Shown: one piece after another, positions 12,951 through 24,900 of the stretch
Position numbering within the stretch: position 1 is the stretch's first letter
Layout of the letters: the number at the start of each line of letters is the position of its first letter
Source: Raillietiella orientalis
Lineage: Eukaryota
DNA: 64,000 nt
NCBI GenBank assembly: GCA_036172245.1
Contig: JAYWIR010000001.1
Location: forward strand, 5,332,001-5,396,000
Direction of reading: 5' to 3'
Program-made: the position numbers and the translations under genes
The notes under the pieces: generated by a model
Told to the model about the DNA's origin: nothing
What the model saw: only the letters and a program-made list of their open reading frames with translations
Databases searched by the model: none

Positions 12951-14699
12951 TCTTTCCTCCTCCAGACGTTCCCTCTTTTGGGTCCTGATCTTTTGAGGCT
13001 CCAGCTTTTGAGGGCACGGAGACACTGCAGTCACCACCCGTCGTCGCCACGACTTCCAGGCGCGTCACCTCGCTCGGGAGCGAGAGTTGGGGAAGGAGGG
13101 AAGAAGGGGACCGGGAATCGCGCGTGGCCCGAACGTTCTCATTCTCCCCTCCAGGAGGCGCGGTTGAGGGTGGTTCCGAGGCTGTGGGCTTTTCACCGGT
13201 AGGGCAGTGGGTGCGCGAGGTCGCCGCGAGCGCGCGCGATGGCGGCGGCGCTGTCATGTGCTCTCTGCATGGCTCCTGGTTTGCTTCGACCGGCATCTGC
13301 GTGGTGCGCCGCCAGCGGCAACACCGAGTGGCGGCTCAGATGCTGCTGCTCTTTCCCACACCCCCTCTTCCAAGTTCCGGAACGGCTCGCGACCACGTGA
13401 CTCGCACCGTCCACTCTGCCGCCGCCAGGAAAACGAGCACTCGTCCATAAATAATGAGTAAAGAAGAGCACTTGCGTGCACACGCAGCACGCTCCCAGCC
13501 AGAGCTTCCCTCCCAGGAAAGCTCGGGATCGGAAGGGAGAGAGGGGAGGAAGTGGAAGAGGGAGGAGGGAGGACACCCCTGCGCATTGGCTGGCTGCTGG
13601 ACGGACAGCCTAGTTACTGGGACTGCGCGGATCTCTCGAGGAGAAGTGGCCAGCCGGGAGCCGCGCCCCGTACCGGCCCGCAGGTCGAAGACGGCGGTGC
13701 CTCCTGGTGGCGGCCTCTGCTGCCGGTCCCTCGCCGCCGCCGCCCGCGCGAACGGCGCGATGCGCGTCCGCGGATTTATCGTTTCCGGAGAGACGGCGAG
13801 GCCGTCGCCACCGCCGTCCCCCGCGGGTCGGTCGCGGCCAGTTGGCGCGCAGCCAGCTGGCGGGGACCTTCCTCGAAGAACTCGCAGCAGCAGCACCACG
13901 GCGCGGAAGACTTGATCGATTGCTCGCCGCTCCGTTTCCACGTGTTCCTCCTCCCTCCTCTCCCTTTCCGTGCGCCGAGACGCCGAAGGAGGAGGAGGGG
14001 AGGAGCGCGGGCTGCAGCGCTCCCCCCACTCTTCCTCCTTTTCCTTCCCCTCCCCCCCTGCCCTCCTGGAGGCTGGCTGGGTCGGGTCGTCGCGCGAAAC
14101 CTTCGCTGTGAAGCCAGCCTTCCCGAATCCCCCCCCCCCCTTTCCCATTTCATATTTCAGCTTTCTTCAACGCATTCTTCTGGGATGTTCGGGAGTGCGG
14201 GTGTTTCCCAGTAAATTTATTAAGGATGTCAACTTGCCCGTTTATTGCAACCGTTCCAGCCGACGGAGGAGAAGAGAAGAAAACGAGATGGAAAAAAAAA
14301 GTAAAAAAAAAACTTTCTGTTCAGCTGTACCGCTGCTTCTCTCCTTCCTCCCCGTCGCACATTTTTGTCCCTCTTCCTCCCTCCTCTCCTCCTCGGCTCT
14401 TGTTTTTTTTTTTTCCTCTTCTTTTTGCTTTGTTCCTTCTTTCCTTCCCTCCCTTGCAGTAGACCCTTCGAGAAATTTCCGGAGCCGCCGGGAGGCCGCC
14501 ACCCCCGATATCACAGCAGCGGACGGCAAGGGACGCACAGTCCCACCGCGGTTTCCGGTTCCAGGCTCGGAGCCCACAGGGAAGGAGACGGGGGAGGGAG
14601 GAGAACAGGTCCTTTGTCCTCCTTCGGCGGTCCCCAGGCTTCGGCCAGGGAGATGCGCAAGTCTCCCGTAGAGGAAAGCAGTGAGGAAACGGGGAGGCA

Positions 14700-16000
14700 C
14701 GGGGGTCGACCTAGGACTCAGGAAAATGATTTTTCCTCCACCGCATCCAGATCCGCCTTCCATCTTTTCTTTGCTTTTTCTCTCTCTCTCGTCCGTGGAG
14801 GATATCGGAGAGCAAAAGTCAGGGGCGTGGGACGAGGCGAGGACTGCGATGGCAGCGGCAGTGCCGTCCGCCCAGCGCATAGGGCGGATAAGCGCGCTAC
14901 AGGGCCGTCCGGACGGCAAGCGCCATGTCTCAGGGACCTTGAGAGCCACCGCCGGATGGTGCTGATGCTGAAGAACACGGGAGATGGGGAAGCTGTCGGG
15001 GTCCCGAGGGGTCCAGGGGAAGGAAGGGGCGGCCCAAGTGCCGAGCAGCACCCGAACATGGGACGAGGGTGAGAGGTCGAAGAAGGATTGCTGGAAACTC
15101 ACCTCTGATCGGCAAGAGCACGCAGTATCCGAGTCCTCAGAGATGTGCGGCGTGGGTTTCGGAGGAAGACTGGGGTGACGGTTTCCTCCCTGAACCGAAA
15201 CGGGGTCAGAAGGGCTGCCCCAGGCACGAGAATGCCGAGAGTTTACGAAGCGGCTGACAGGGAGGCCGAGGAACGAGTCCGGGCATCCGGAGACGCCAGC
15301 CTCAGGCGTCCCAGCCTTCTCCCACCCTCCGCGACCTTCCCCGGCCTCAGTCTTCGGCGCACCTTCGGTGGGGAGGAGCGGGCAGCAGGGTCGGGAGTCT
15401 TGCCCTCGGTCCGGTGGAGGCAGTCCTGGCGAGCCGCTGACCAACAGGGGCTCCCCCGTCGGGCGCCCACGGAATGGAAACCGCCTCCGGCGCGCGTGAG
15501 TGAGGGCTGTCGAGGTCAGCTGCACGCGAGGCGGGGTCGCGAGTCCGTCCCCGCGTCGATCCGACGCAGCTGTGCTTCTACGGGAGGAACGGAGGCGGAT
15601 GACCTCGTGACCGCTCCCCACCCATCCTCCGGGGGTCCCTCCATGTCCTGCAGCACGTGGAAGCAGGACTCCTGGTTTAGGGACAGCGCCCCGTTGTGGG
15701 GAAGGCGACCCAGGAAACGTGGCTTGTGAAAGGAGGCAGGGACCTGAGGTAATGGCTCAAATAGACTCCTCCTCCCCGAAAATGGGGACTCATGGAGATC
15801 AAAGAGGAGGAAAGAGGGGCGCGGGCGCTGCCCCACCACGACGGGAATCGATCTCTGGAGTTGGTTTTTTCCCTAGAGGTAGGGCCCTTCCATAGACGGA
15901 GTCTGCTCTTTCTCCGCCATCTTCTCTTCCCTGAGAGATCCCATAGAGATGAAACAGACGCTCAGTCCAGAAGATACAGCTCCGTGTCCATGTCCTCCTC
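14700..16000 (-). mobile_element. Decayed LINE reverse-transcriptase fragment
   Basis: In ORF 14242..15621(-): LPVSRFVNSRH (cf. RPISL.N.D), VSFQQSFFDL...VLLGTW (cf. LD..KAFD), SGRPCSAL (cf. QG.PLS), STDE (YADD position), in RT order. Confidence 0.5.
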
Positions 16001-19000
16001 AAAGCATCCCCCTCCCCTCCCCTCCTCGTCCTCGCGAACGCCGCTGCGGACGGACGAACCTGGCCTCCTCCAGAGCTGCTCTCCAGCGCACCGCCTCCCC
16101 TCCCGCCTCCGTTAGTGGCGCGTCGGTGGTCCACGAGGAGAGGGACCGAGAGGGATGCGGGAGAGAGGAGTGCGACCTGGCAGGGGGAGGAGAGACAGTT
16201 TTCTTACTCGGGGAGTGCCCGCCTTCAATCCTTCCTTTCCCCGCGAGCGGAGCCTTGCCCTTTCTTTCTCCTTCTCTCCTGGAGGCCTCCCTCCAGGTCC
16301 CCCCTCCCTTTCTGTTCCTTTCGGGGGCATCCGCCTGCGACCGCAGCGGCGGGGGGAGCGGATGCCGCCGGGCGGCGCGCCCGCCTCCGAAAGGGTTGCG
16401 GAGGAAATTGGATTCTGGACCACCCACGCGGCCGGGGGGCGAGGCGAGGAAAACTCTCATCAGCAGCAGCCGCCCGCGACGGCCGCCGCCGCCCGAGAGA
16501 CCTCCCCCCTTCTCCCCTGCTGCTGCTCCTCCTCTTCGGGAAGATGCGGGCGGAACGACCCTCAGAGACCCCGGGGAGAAGGAGGAGGAGGGGCGAGAAG
16601 GGCCGGAAGCGAAGGTAGGAAAAAAGCCCTTTTCTCCCAGATTTCTCCATCCCTTCCCTGGAAGGCCTGCAGTTGCCAGAGGGAGCGGAGAGTCGAGATA
16701 CGACTCCGCCTCCCAGAGAAGTTCCCCTCCTCGATGTTCCCTCGGTTGCAGACTCTCCAGGGGAGACTCCGGAGAAGGTGGCATCTCGTCGCGTGCTCCA
16801 TGTACGATCTCTGTCCCGACCTCGTTCTCCTACCCGACGAGGGTCCACTCATTCCGGGTCGGCGCCCATCTTCGCGCTGAGAACGGGATCTTCTCGCTGC
16901 CGCCGCGCTTTCTCGGGCGACGAACCGCGCTAAAGATTGGGGAAGTAGGGTGGAAGTAGGAGGAGCGGGAGGGATGAAGCATGAAAGATTGCAAGGTGGT
17001 CAATCGCAGAGATGCTTCGCCTCCGAAAGACGCACCGGAAAGAACGCACGCGCTCCTAAGGGGCTAGGAAGGAGCCGCTTCTCTCCCTCCCTCTTCGCGG
17101 AGGCGTCCAGGAACGGTACCCGTCCCCTCGAGAGATTCGTCGGCGGTCCTGCGGAAAACCCACAGGAGAAAAGGAAGAGGAAGTAGGGAAAAGAAAAAGA
17201 GAATTCTTCTGACGCTCTTGCGCGGCGGGACACGGTGCGACTGACTTCGACGCCTTCCCGGCGTCGCCGTTTCCCGGACGGTCTTCGAGTGGCTCCCTCC
17301 TGCGATAAGCGGGGCGGAGGAGACGCAGGTTCTTCCGCCCTTACCGAAGGGAGCTAGGGCCGTCCGCCCGCCCTTTCTCCCACATTCTCAGGGCTGCTCG
17401 CCGACCTTTGGGGTTAAGCAAACCCGGGAGGACCCGGGGCTTCGTCCGTTTTCCTTCTCCACCCGTTCCCTTTCATAGGAGGCGACGAGCTCGTAGGTAT
17501 GGAGTCCTTGCTCCGGAGGATGGGGGCGCTTCGCTCGCATGGGCTTCCCGAACTGCAATGGCCACCCCCCGGCCGCACTCCCGCAGCTCCTGTGTGCACG
17601 TATGTCGTCGTGCCTTCATACGAAACCTACGGGGCAGTTTCCGACGAGGTTGCTGCGGCAGCGAGGTTCGTGGCTGCTTCATTTCCCCGCCGTTTCCACT
17701 GCGTTGTCATTCCATTCGCTGGTTCTTGTCCTTTTGAATCATGCAGTATTGAGTCACTTTTTTTTTTCTTTGTCATGACTTTTTCATTGTTGGGTCTTTT
17801 TTTTTCCCGTCATGACTCTTTGATTGTTGAGTGTTTTTTATCGTCAAGATTTTTGCATTGTTGCCTGATTTTTCGTCGCACCTCTTGCATTGTTTCTCCC
17901 TCTTTGTTACAGTCCGAGCATTGTTGTATCTTCGTTGTCTTCTTTAGCATGCGCATTGCTATCCTTTAGCCACGATATTAAGCAGCAGCCTTGCTATGAC
18001 ATTGAAGGACATTCCTGTCCTTACTCGTGAGCCCTAGGGCGCTCCTGTGAGGCAGAGGCAAACTGCCTTTCACGTCGCGACGAGCTTTCAGCATCAGTGA
18101 GCACAGTCTCACACGAATCTGAACGGAAAGATTCTCCCCTAAAGCAGACGGGTTCACCGACCATCCTACGCGTGAGGAGGAAGAGGGACTTCGTTCCAAA
18201 AAGCTGATGGAATTCGCGGGTGCCTAACCGACTCCTCAGACCTTCTGCAAGACCCACACTCAAGAGGATCGAAAGACGCAGTAGGAGACGCAGGCGTGCT
18301 TTGGAAAGACCAAGGGAAAAGCTCTTGCAAAGAGTTGAAGGCACTCCATCATTCGATCCGCTCATTGGCGGAAGACTGCCTGCCACCGCCAACTCCCACG
18401 GTGTAGGTTTTTCTAGAACACTTCTCTCCGCTCCACTTAAAGGAGTGTGTAATTCGGTTTGGTTGGGATGCAGTCGGGATATCCGAGGGAAGCAGCGTTC
18501 GATTTAGCGGAAAGAGCCGCTGAGCATGAGGAAAATGCACCACACATCTGCCGGATGCACATTCCGCTTGCGAGCGTCGTCTGCAATGCATGAGGCCGAG
18601 CAGCAACAAAAACTAATTGCTGCTCGCGCGCATGACGTCATGAAAAATGAGCTTGCAATGGCTGCGGGGAACACGGCGCCGGAAGGTGTGTACTCCGAAT
18701 CGGGATGGTTCGGTCGCCTCTTCCATGTTTGGGCGACACCAACGTACGGGCGCGTGAGGAATTTCGCCGCGGGCTCGGAGAACGAGAATTCCTCAGAGAA
18801 GCGGGGGAAAAAGGTCGCCTAGGAACTGGACCTCGTCGATCCGGCGCCCCTCACTGTAAGTTTTCGGCAGAGAAGCCCTGCCCAAAAAGGAACGGAGGAG
18901 TCTCCTCGCTCCCTTCTTTCTCTCGCGTCTTCTACCAGGCGATAAGCAGGCGGTCCGGACGCCTCCTCCTCCCGCTTGGTCACACCGCGTCTTTGGGGAA

Positions 19001-19639
19001 CGCTGAGGTTTCCCTCGGATCGCGGGTCGAAAAATGATCGATCGCCCCCATGGATGATCTCCCGGGTCGTCCTTCTCCTCCCCTCCTTCCCCGTAGCGAA
19101 GCCACACGCGGGGGAGCAGTTCCAGGGGACTCCTCCAGTCCGCCTCTCGCTGGCGAAGAAGGGGAAAGGGGGGTGGCTCATCCAACCTCTCCCTCCCCTC
19201 CTCGTCCTCCCTCACCCCCTCCTCCCGACGGCGCGCGGATGGATTCGCATCACCGCATGAATGGATTTCCACGAGCACAATCGATGGGAGGTGTGAAGCG
19301 TTCCCTACTCCGGGAGACGCGTGCGAATGCGTCCGCGGACTCCCGGTTGCGGCGGGCTATGAATAAACATGACCGCAAGTGTGATTAAAACCTTTCCTTT
19401 TTGGTGATGCAAGAAGAGCTTATCATTCATCATCCCAGGTCTTATCTGCGGCGGCGCCTATTTTTCTTCTTCTTTCTTGTTTGTTTTGTTTTGTATTTTT
19501 TTTTTTCTTCTCTCCCTTCCTCCCTTCCTCCCTCCCTCTCTCTCTCTTTCTCTCTTTTTCGCTCTCTCCGTCGTTCGTGTGTGCCCCCGTTGCCGTGGCA
19601 GCACGTGCGTATCCGACGATGGTAAGCAAAGATGGTTGA

Positions 19640-20250
19640 GGGGACACTTTCGGGGAAGCAGAGATGCCCCGAGTTTGCATCGCCACTGTCGGATCCCTCG
19701 GCGGGTTCGTCTCCAGCCTCCGCTTCCCTCCCTTCCCCTCCTCCTCCCCCGCGGACCACGCGGAGAGGGTCTGGCACGGTGCGTCCACACTGTCGTTCCA
19801 CACCTGAGCACCCCGACAAAAGCGGCAGGGGGAGGGTGCGCGTGAGTGAGGAGCTGGATTTGAAGATGCGGCCCGGGCCCTTCGTGCGTCGCGGGCACGG
19901 AAAGAGACGCCAGGCTGCGTCAAAAGGATCTTCGGCGGCGTAAGGGAAGGCGACCCTGGCGCCGCTGCCGGGTGCCTCCTCCTCGTCCTCCCGCGCATGG
20001 GCACACGCGCGCCATCCCCTCCAACCGCGGTCGGAAGAGCAGCGGAGCGGAGCGATGGCCAGCAGCGCGCGCGCGCATCTTCGGAGCTGCAGTCGCCCTG
20101 CGCTCCGGACCGACCGAGTGGGAGGCAACGGGGTGTCCCCCGGAATCCCCGACGGGAAGGAAAAGGAAGGAGGTCAGAGGAAGCAAGCAGGCAGAGGAGA
20201 GGCGCGCGCGGGGAGCGCAGACGCGCGACCGGGCCGGAAACCTGGAGGCG
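19640..20250 (-). mobile_element. Decayed LINE endonuclease fragment
   Basis: DPFDAAWRLFP (cf. L.D.WR..P) followed by NSGHL (SDH position) in ORF 19442..20128(-). Confidence 0.35.
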
Positions 20251-23200
20251 GCCAAGTCCCGCGGGAGAGCGGCGAACGAGTGATGCTGAGAGAACGGGAG
20301 AAGCCTCAGCCGCGCGCGTGCGGGATCGGTGGGAAGAGAGGGATAAAGGAAAGAAAAGGAGAAGAACGGAAAGGTCCATCCCCGCGCGATGCACTCTTTT
20401 CGGAAACGAAAGAAAACAAAGGGGGGACTTGTGTGCACGTTCTTCCACCTGACCTCGGGTTACATCACCGTCGCAACGCCCCTCCTCTTCTCCCTCCTCC
20501 TCCTTCCTTCCTCTTCTTCCTCACCCCTTCCTCCTGTTCCTGCTCCCCCTCTTTTCCTCTCCTCTTCCTCCTCCTCCTCCCTTTTTTGCTTTCGTTTCCT
20601 TCCTCGCGAGCGCGCAAACGCAGATCCCTGATGAAGCAGCCGCTGAAACGCAATCACAGATTCGATTAGAGGCGGCGACGACCGCCTGTCTGCCTCGGAC
20701 GACGACTCCCTCCTTCCCCCCCCTCCCGCTCTCGCCGCAACCAATCAGCGGACGGAAGGGAACCAACGGGCGAAAAGGCAGCAGCAGCAGCAGCACGGAG
20801 ACGTAAATCAACTACTCCTTCTTCTCCTCTCCCCCCCCCCCCCCCACACACACACCTTTTCCGAGCGACCTCTCCCTCTCCAGGCACCAGCAGCACGAGC
20901 GCGCTCTGCGTACACCCCGCCGTCCATTTAACTCCCGCCGGCGCCCCTCTGCGCTCCCCTCTTCTACCCTATCGACGGCGGCAGCGAGAGAGGGACGGCC
21001 GTAGCACCCTTATTGCCGCAACCACGAGGGAAGGTGCGGGGGAGAGGAAACGGCGGCTTCCTCATACCCTTGTGGCCCCGGGTCAGGAAGGGCAGCCTGG
21101 CTCCGGTGCCTCGCCTGCTTTCAGCAGCAGTGAAAAATCCGTCCGAAACCTCAAGACTGGCATGGGAGTGGGAGGGGTCACCCTCGGGGCGCCGCCATTC
21201 CAGGGTGCCGAAGGAACGCGGGGATTTTCGGCGCACACGCCTCGCGCCTGTGGCATCCTCCAGACTCCTCCCTTCTCCTTCCTCCCCACGTCTTCCATCC
21301 CTTCTGAACCTCCCTGCCGGTGATGACTTGGCCCGAGGGGCGACTGGGATGTGCCCATCCTCGCTGCGCGCGTCTTGCAGCCTTGCAGTCGCACCCTCGG
21401 GAACGCCCGTCCCTTCGCGGCAGCGAGGCGGCTACGAGAGGGAAGGGGGGAGGAGAGTTGCCGAGCCCCGCACTCGGGAACCCGGCGTTTCCCGGCTGAC
21501 CGGTCCGCTGCCTGAGCCTGAGGGCACCCTTCCGTCCGTCCAGGTCATCGCCGCTCACTGACCTCCATCCAGTTGCCACCCTCCCTCCCCAACCCTTTCG
21601 ATCCCCATCAGTCACCCTAGCACGCCGGGGGTTTCCAGAAACCGCGAGGACTCGGCGGCAGTGTCCCTCCCGGTCTCTCTTCCCCCCCCCCCCATCCCAC
21701 TCCTTCCCTCTTCCCTCCCCTCGAGCTCGGGAAAGGTGACAGGCTGAGAGGGAGGGAGGGATCTGCGCCAGCAGGGGTCCCCTCCAGGCAAGACGGTACC
21801 CCCGACGAGGGTCCGCAAGAGTCCTGGAGGTTCCGGGATGCGCTCCCGAGGGGAGAACGCGGTCGGGCGTGTTCCTTCCCCCTCCCCCATCCGGGAGGGG
21901 AGTTGACGCCTGCCTACCCTGACGCCGCTACGTTTCCCGGCAGCTACCGTGGCTTCGCCCTCCGAAGGACCGTCGTCTCTTCAGCCGGGTTGCCTCCGCC
22001 CCGCTCGTGGGCCGACGTCCCTGGCGACCTCGGCGTCCCGCTCGACCTTCGCTCCGGGCTACTTACTCGAGCTGCTGAGCGCGCGGGATTCGCACGCGCC
22101 TGCATCTGCGTGGGAGTGCAAGCGGGCACAGATGCGCATGCGCACGAGGGGAGAGAGGCTCGCACGCGCGCGCTTTCGCCTGACCGTGCGCGCCATCGCC
22201 CACCGCGCACGCACCGTCTGCGTATGCGCAAATGCAAAAAAAAAAAAAAATATACACGCACGTCGCAGCGTTCAGGTACGCACCCATGAGCCCGCATCCG
22301 CGCGCAAAATACGCGTCTTCCTGCGTGCTCACGCGCGTACAATAACAGATCCTGACGTTGATGTACGTTGTATGTACAAGTACGAGCGCGTGTGCACACA
22401 GGAAGATGCGGATGCGGGACCACGTTGCCCTGACGACGGCGCGCGTAGGGTCGCGGGCCCTGCGAACGCGCGTGCGCACGGTGGCGGCGCGCGGGCATCC
22501 CGGTTCCGGGAGGAGTCGGGAAGCCCCCCTCTGTGCACGCAGAGGAGGAGCCGGATGCATCCTGCGCCCATCCGAGCGAAGACGAATCGCAATCAGATAA
22601 CCCGGCGGTATCCAGGAAACCGGAAACCGCCGCCGCGATGGAGAAATCCGACTCATCCCCGCCGCATGACGTCATCGGGGAGGGGGGGAATGAGGGGACT
22701 CTTGGAAAACTTTGCGGAGATCTGCCAAAGGGGTGCTCGCGAGCTTGCGGCGGGGCGAAGCTCGTAGTCACCTCGGAGGCGTCTCGTCCCGACGCGGCGC
22801 GGCGGTCGACTCCTCTCAGCGCGCTTGCGACCCCTCCGTGGACCTTCCGTCCTCCGAGCCGCAGAAAGAGCTCCTCCCCAACTCTCGTACTTCCAGAGGC
22901 CTCACGCACGCACGCACGCACGCACGGGGAGAAGGCGAGGTGCCTCCTGATTCGCGCGCGGGGTGGACGGTCGGGGGAGGTTCCCAGGTGTGCCCTCGCC
23001 TTCTCCTCCGGGCGGCGGACTCGGCGCCCGGTACCTCACCGCGTCGCCTCCCCCTTCCTACCGGAGAAGAGGGATGGAGGGAATGGGATCTCCCCTCCCT
23101 TGGCTCGCCCGGATCCCCCGAACGGCGTCTGCAGGAAGCCGAGAGGCGCCGCGGCGTCGGCGCGCGCGCATGCGCCCGCGCGAGAATTTCGGGGAGGAGG

Positions 23201-23679
23201 GGGAGGGAGGAAGGGACTTCCCGCGGCTGCCGCTGCCGCGAGGCGCGCGCGCGCACGCCCGGTAGGGAGAGCGAGCAGGCGGACGGGCAAGCGGACTCGC
23301 AGCGGAGCCGCTTTCGAGGATGCAGCGACGGCCGCTCGCCGGCAGATCTGATTGGCCCTCAGAAATCGAATTCCAATAAGAGGAGGAGGACGCGCAGCTT
23401 CCGCCGCATCCCTCGGAATCCCATCGGAGGACGCGACGCTCCCTTCGCCCCCTCCTCCCTCCTCCTCCCATTCCCCCTCCTAATCGCCTTCCGCGGGCGA
23501 CAGTCCCGAGGCCTTTCGGAGGAACGGGGCTGGCAAAAAGGGCGGAGGGAAAGGGAAGAGGGAGGAGGGGGGGTTAAGGGAAGGGAAGTCCCTGCCGCTG
23601 CTGCTGCTGGCGCCGCCTTTGGTGCGCCGAGGCTTCCGCGGCCACTCGGGAAAAGGGCAGCACGAGGCGGGAAGAAGGG

Positions 23680-24900
23680 TGACAGCTTCCCCGGAGCCGT
23701 TCAGAGAGTCGATCCCCCTTTGCCAGGAGGCATGGACCCGGCAAGCCTCCCCCTCCTCTTCTGTGCCTTCGCGCGGCAGCTCAGGGCTTGCGGAGGTCCC
23801 TTGCGAAGCGCCGCGCGCTTCCAACGGGAAAGTGCAGTCGCTCTCTCCAGCCGTCCCCATGACGACCGGTGCGCCGACCAGCCGACTTCACCGAGGATCT
23901 TCCCCGTTTGCCCCTACCTTTCCTTTCCTTCCATCCCTGCTCCTCCTGTCAGTAGCCCTCGGAAGAGGCCCCACGTGCCCTCGGGGGCAGAGGGAAAAAG
24001 GGCAGCGTGCCAGGCATCTTCTTTTCTGTCAGGGATGGACGGCGCTCCATATTGGGTACTCCCCGGGAGGCGGAGGTCCTCCGAGAGGGTACAGACAGTC
24101 AGAGACGCCCCAGGGTGCTCCCACACTCTTCCTAACCCCCCTACTCCCCCCGACGCGATGGCACCCCGTGCTCCGGCTAGTGGCCCGTCGGCAGGTCCAC
24201 GAGACTCCACTCTCTACGCTGGAGAATGTGAGAAGGAGGGGGAAAGGGCGAGGCGTGAAAGACGGAGGAGGAGGAGAAAGGCGGAAGGTTTGGCCCTGGG
24301 GTGATCTGAAGAAACTCTTCCGCCCTCCACACGGCGGTGCCGCGTCCGCCCTTCTGTCCGAGCCCCGGCACAGGGTTTGGAATTCCGGAGGCTGAGGGGG
24401 GGTCGAGGAAGCTGGGGACCCCCTTGGTTCGTCCTGGAACCTCCGAGGCAGCTCCGCACCCGGGAAGGGGAGGGGACCGGGAGGAAGGGGGGAAGGGAAG
24501 GCACTGTGTGCCCACGCGACGTGACTCTCGTCTACCCCAATCCTCCCCTCCTGCGTTCACCCTCTTGCCCGCTTTTCCCGGGTGACGAGGACAAACCCTC
24601 AAAGCGACACTCGCCTGAGTCTGGCCCCTTCTTTCCCCTCTTCTACCCATTGGGGTGAGCGGTGCCCCATTACGGAGGACCTCGGCTGCCTGGGATCCCA
24701 GAAACAGAGAGGAGGGAAGGAGAAGGCAGCGGAGTGCACCTCTCTGTCCACCGCGAACGACCGCGGGGATCCGCAGCCTCGGGGCATCCCGGGGGCCGAG
24801 TGGGAACTGGCGGCGAGTCGGACCACTCTTCGAACGGCCCCTCCCAGCTTTCAGCAGTGCCCCTCCTCGACCACCGTGGCGGCGGCTTCGACGCGCAGAC
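23680..24900 (+). mobile_element. Decayed LINE RT 3' half
   Basis: GAVQRVDPPL..SLPLLF (cf. GVRQG.PLSPLLF), PHDD (YADD position), YWVLP (cf. YLG.P), WGDLKKLFRPPHGG (cf. W..L..P...GG), in order on the plus strand. Confidence 0.45.

Noticed and set aside
19602-19621. Microexon (cag|20 nt|gtaagc) after a pyrimidine tract
   Set aside because: Not a multiple of 3, no partner exons were found, and such signals arise by chance.
20628-20652. Hammerhead-like core CTGATGA-agc-agcc-gct-GAAAC
   Set aside because: Stem II is only 3 bp, and stems I and III with an NUH cleavage site could not be formed. Similar partial cores at 10975 and 36951 also fail.
22712-24304. Longest ORF (530 aa) as a host gene
   Set aside because: Arg/Gly/Pro/Ala-rich with no recognisable domain except eroded RT motifs in its 3' half. 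Long ORFs in all frames are expected from stop-codon scarcity in GC-rich DNA.
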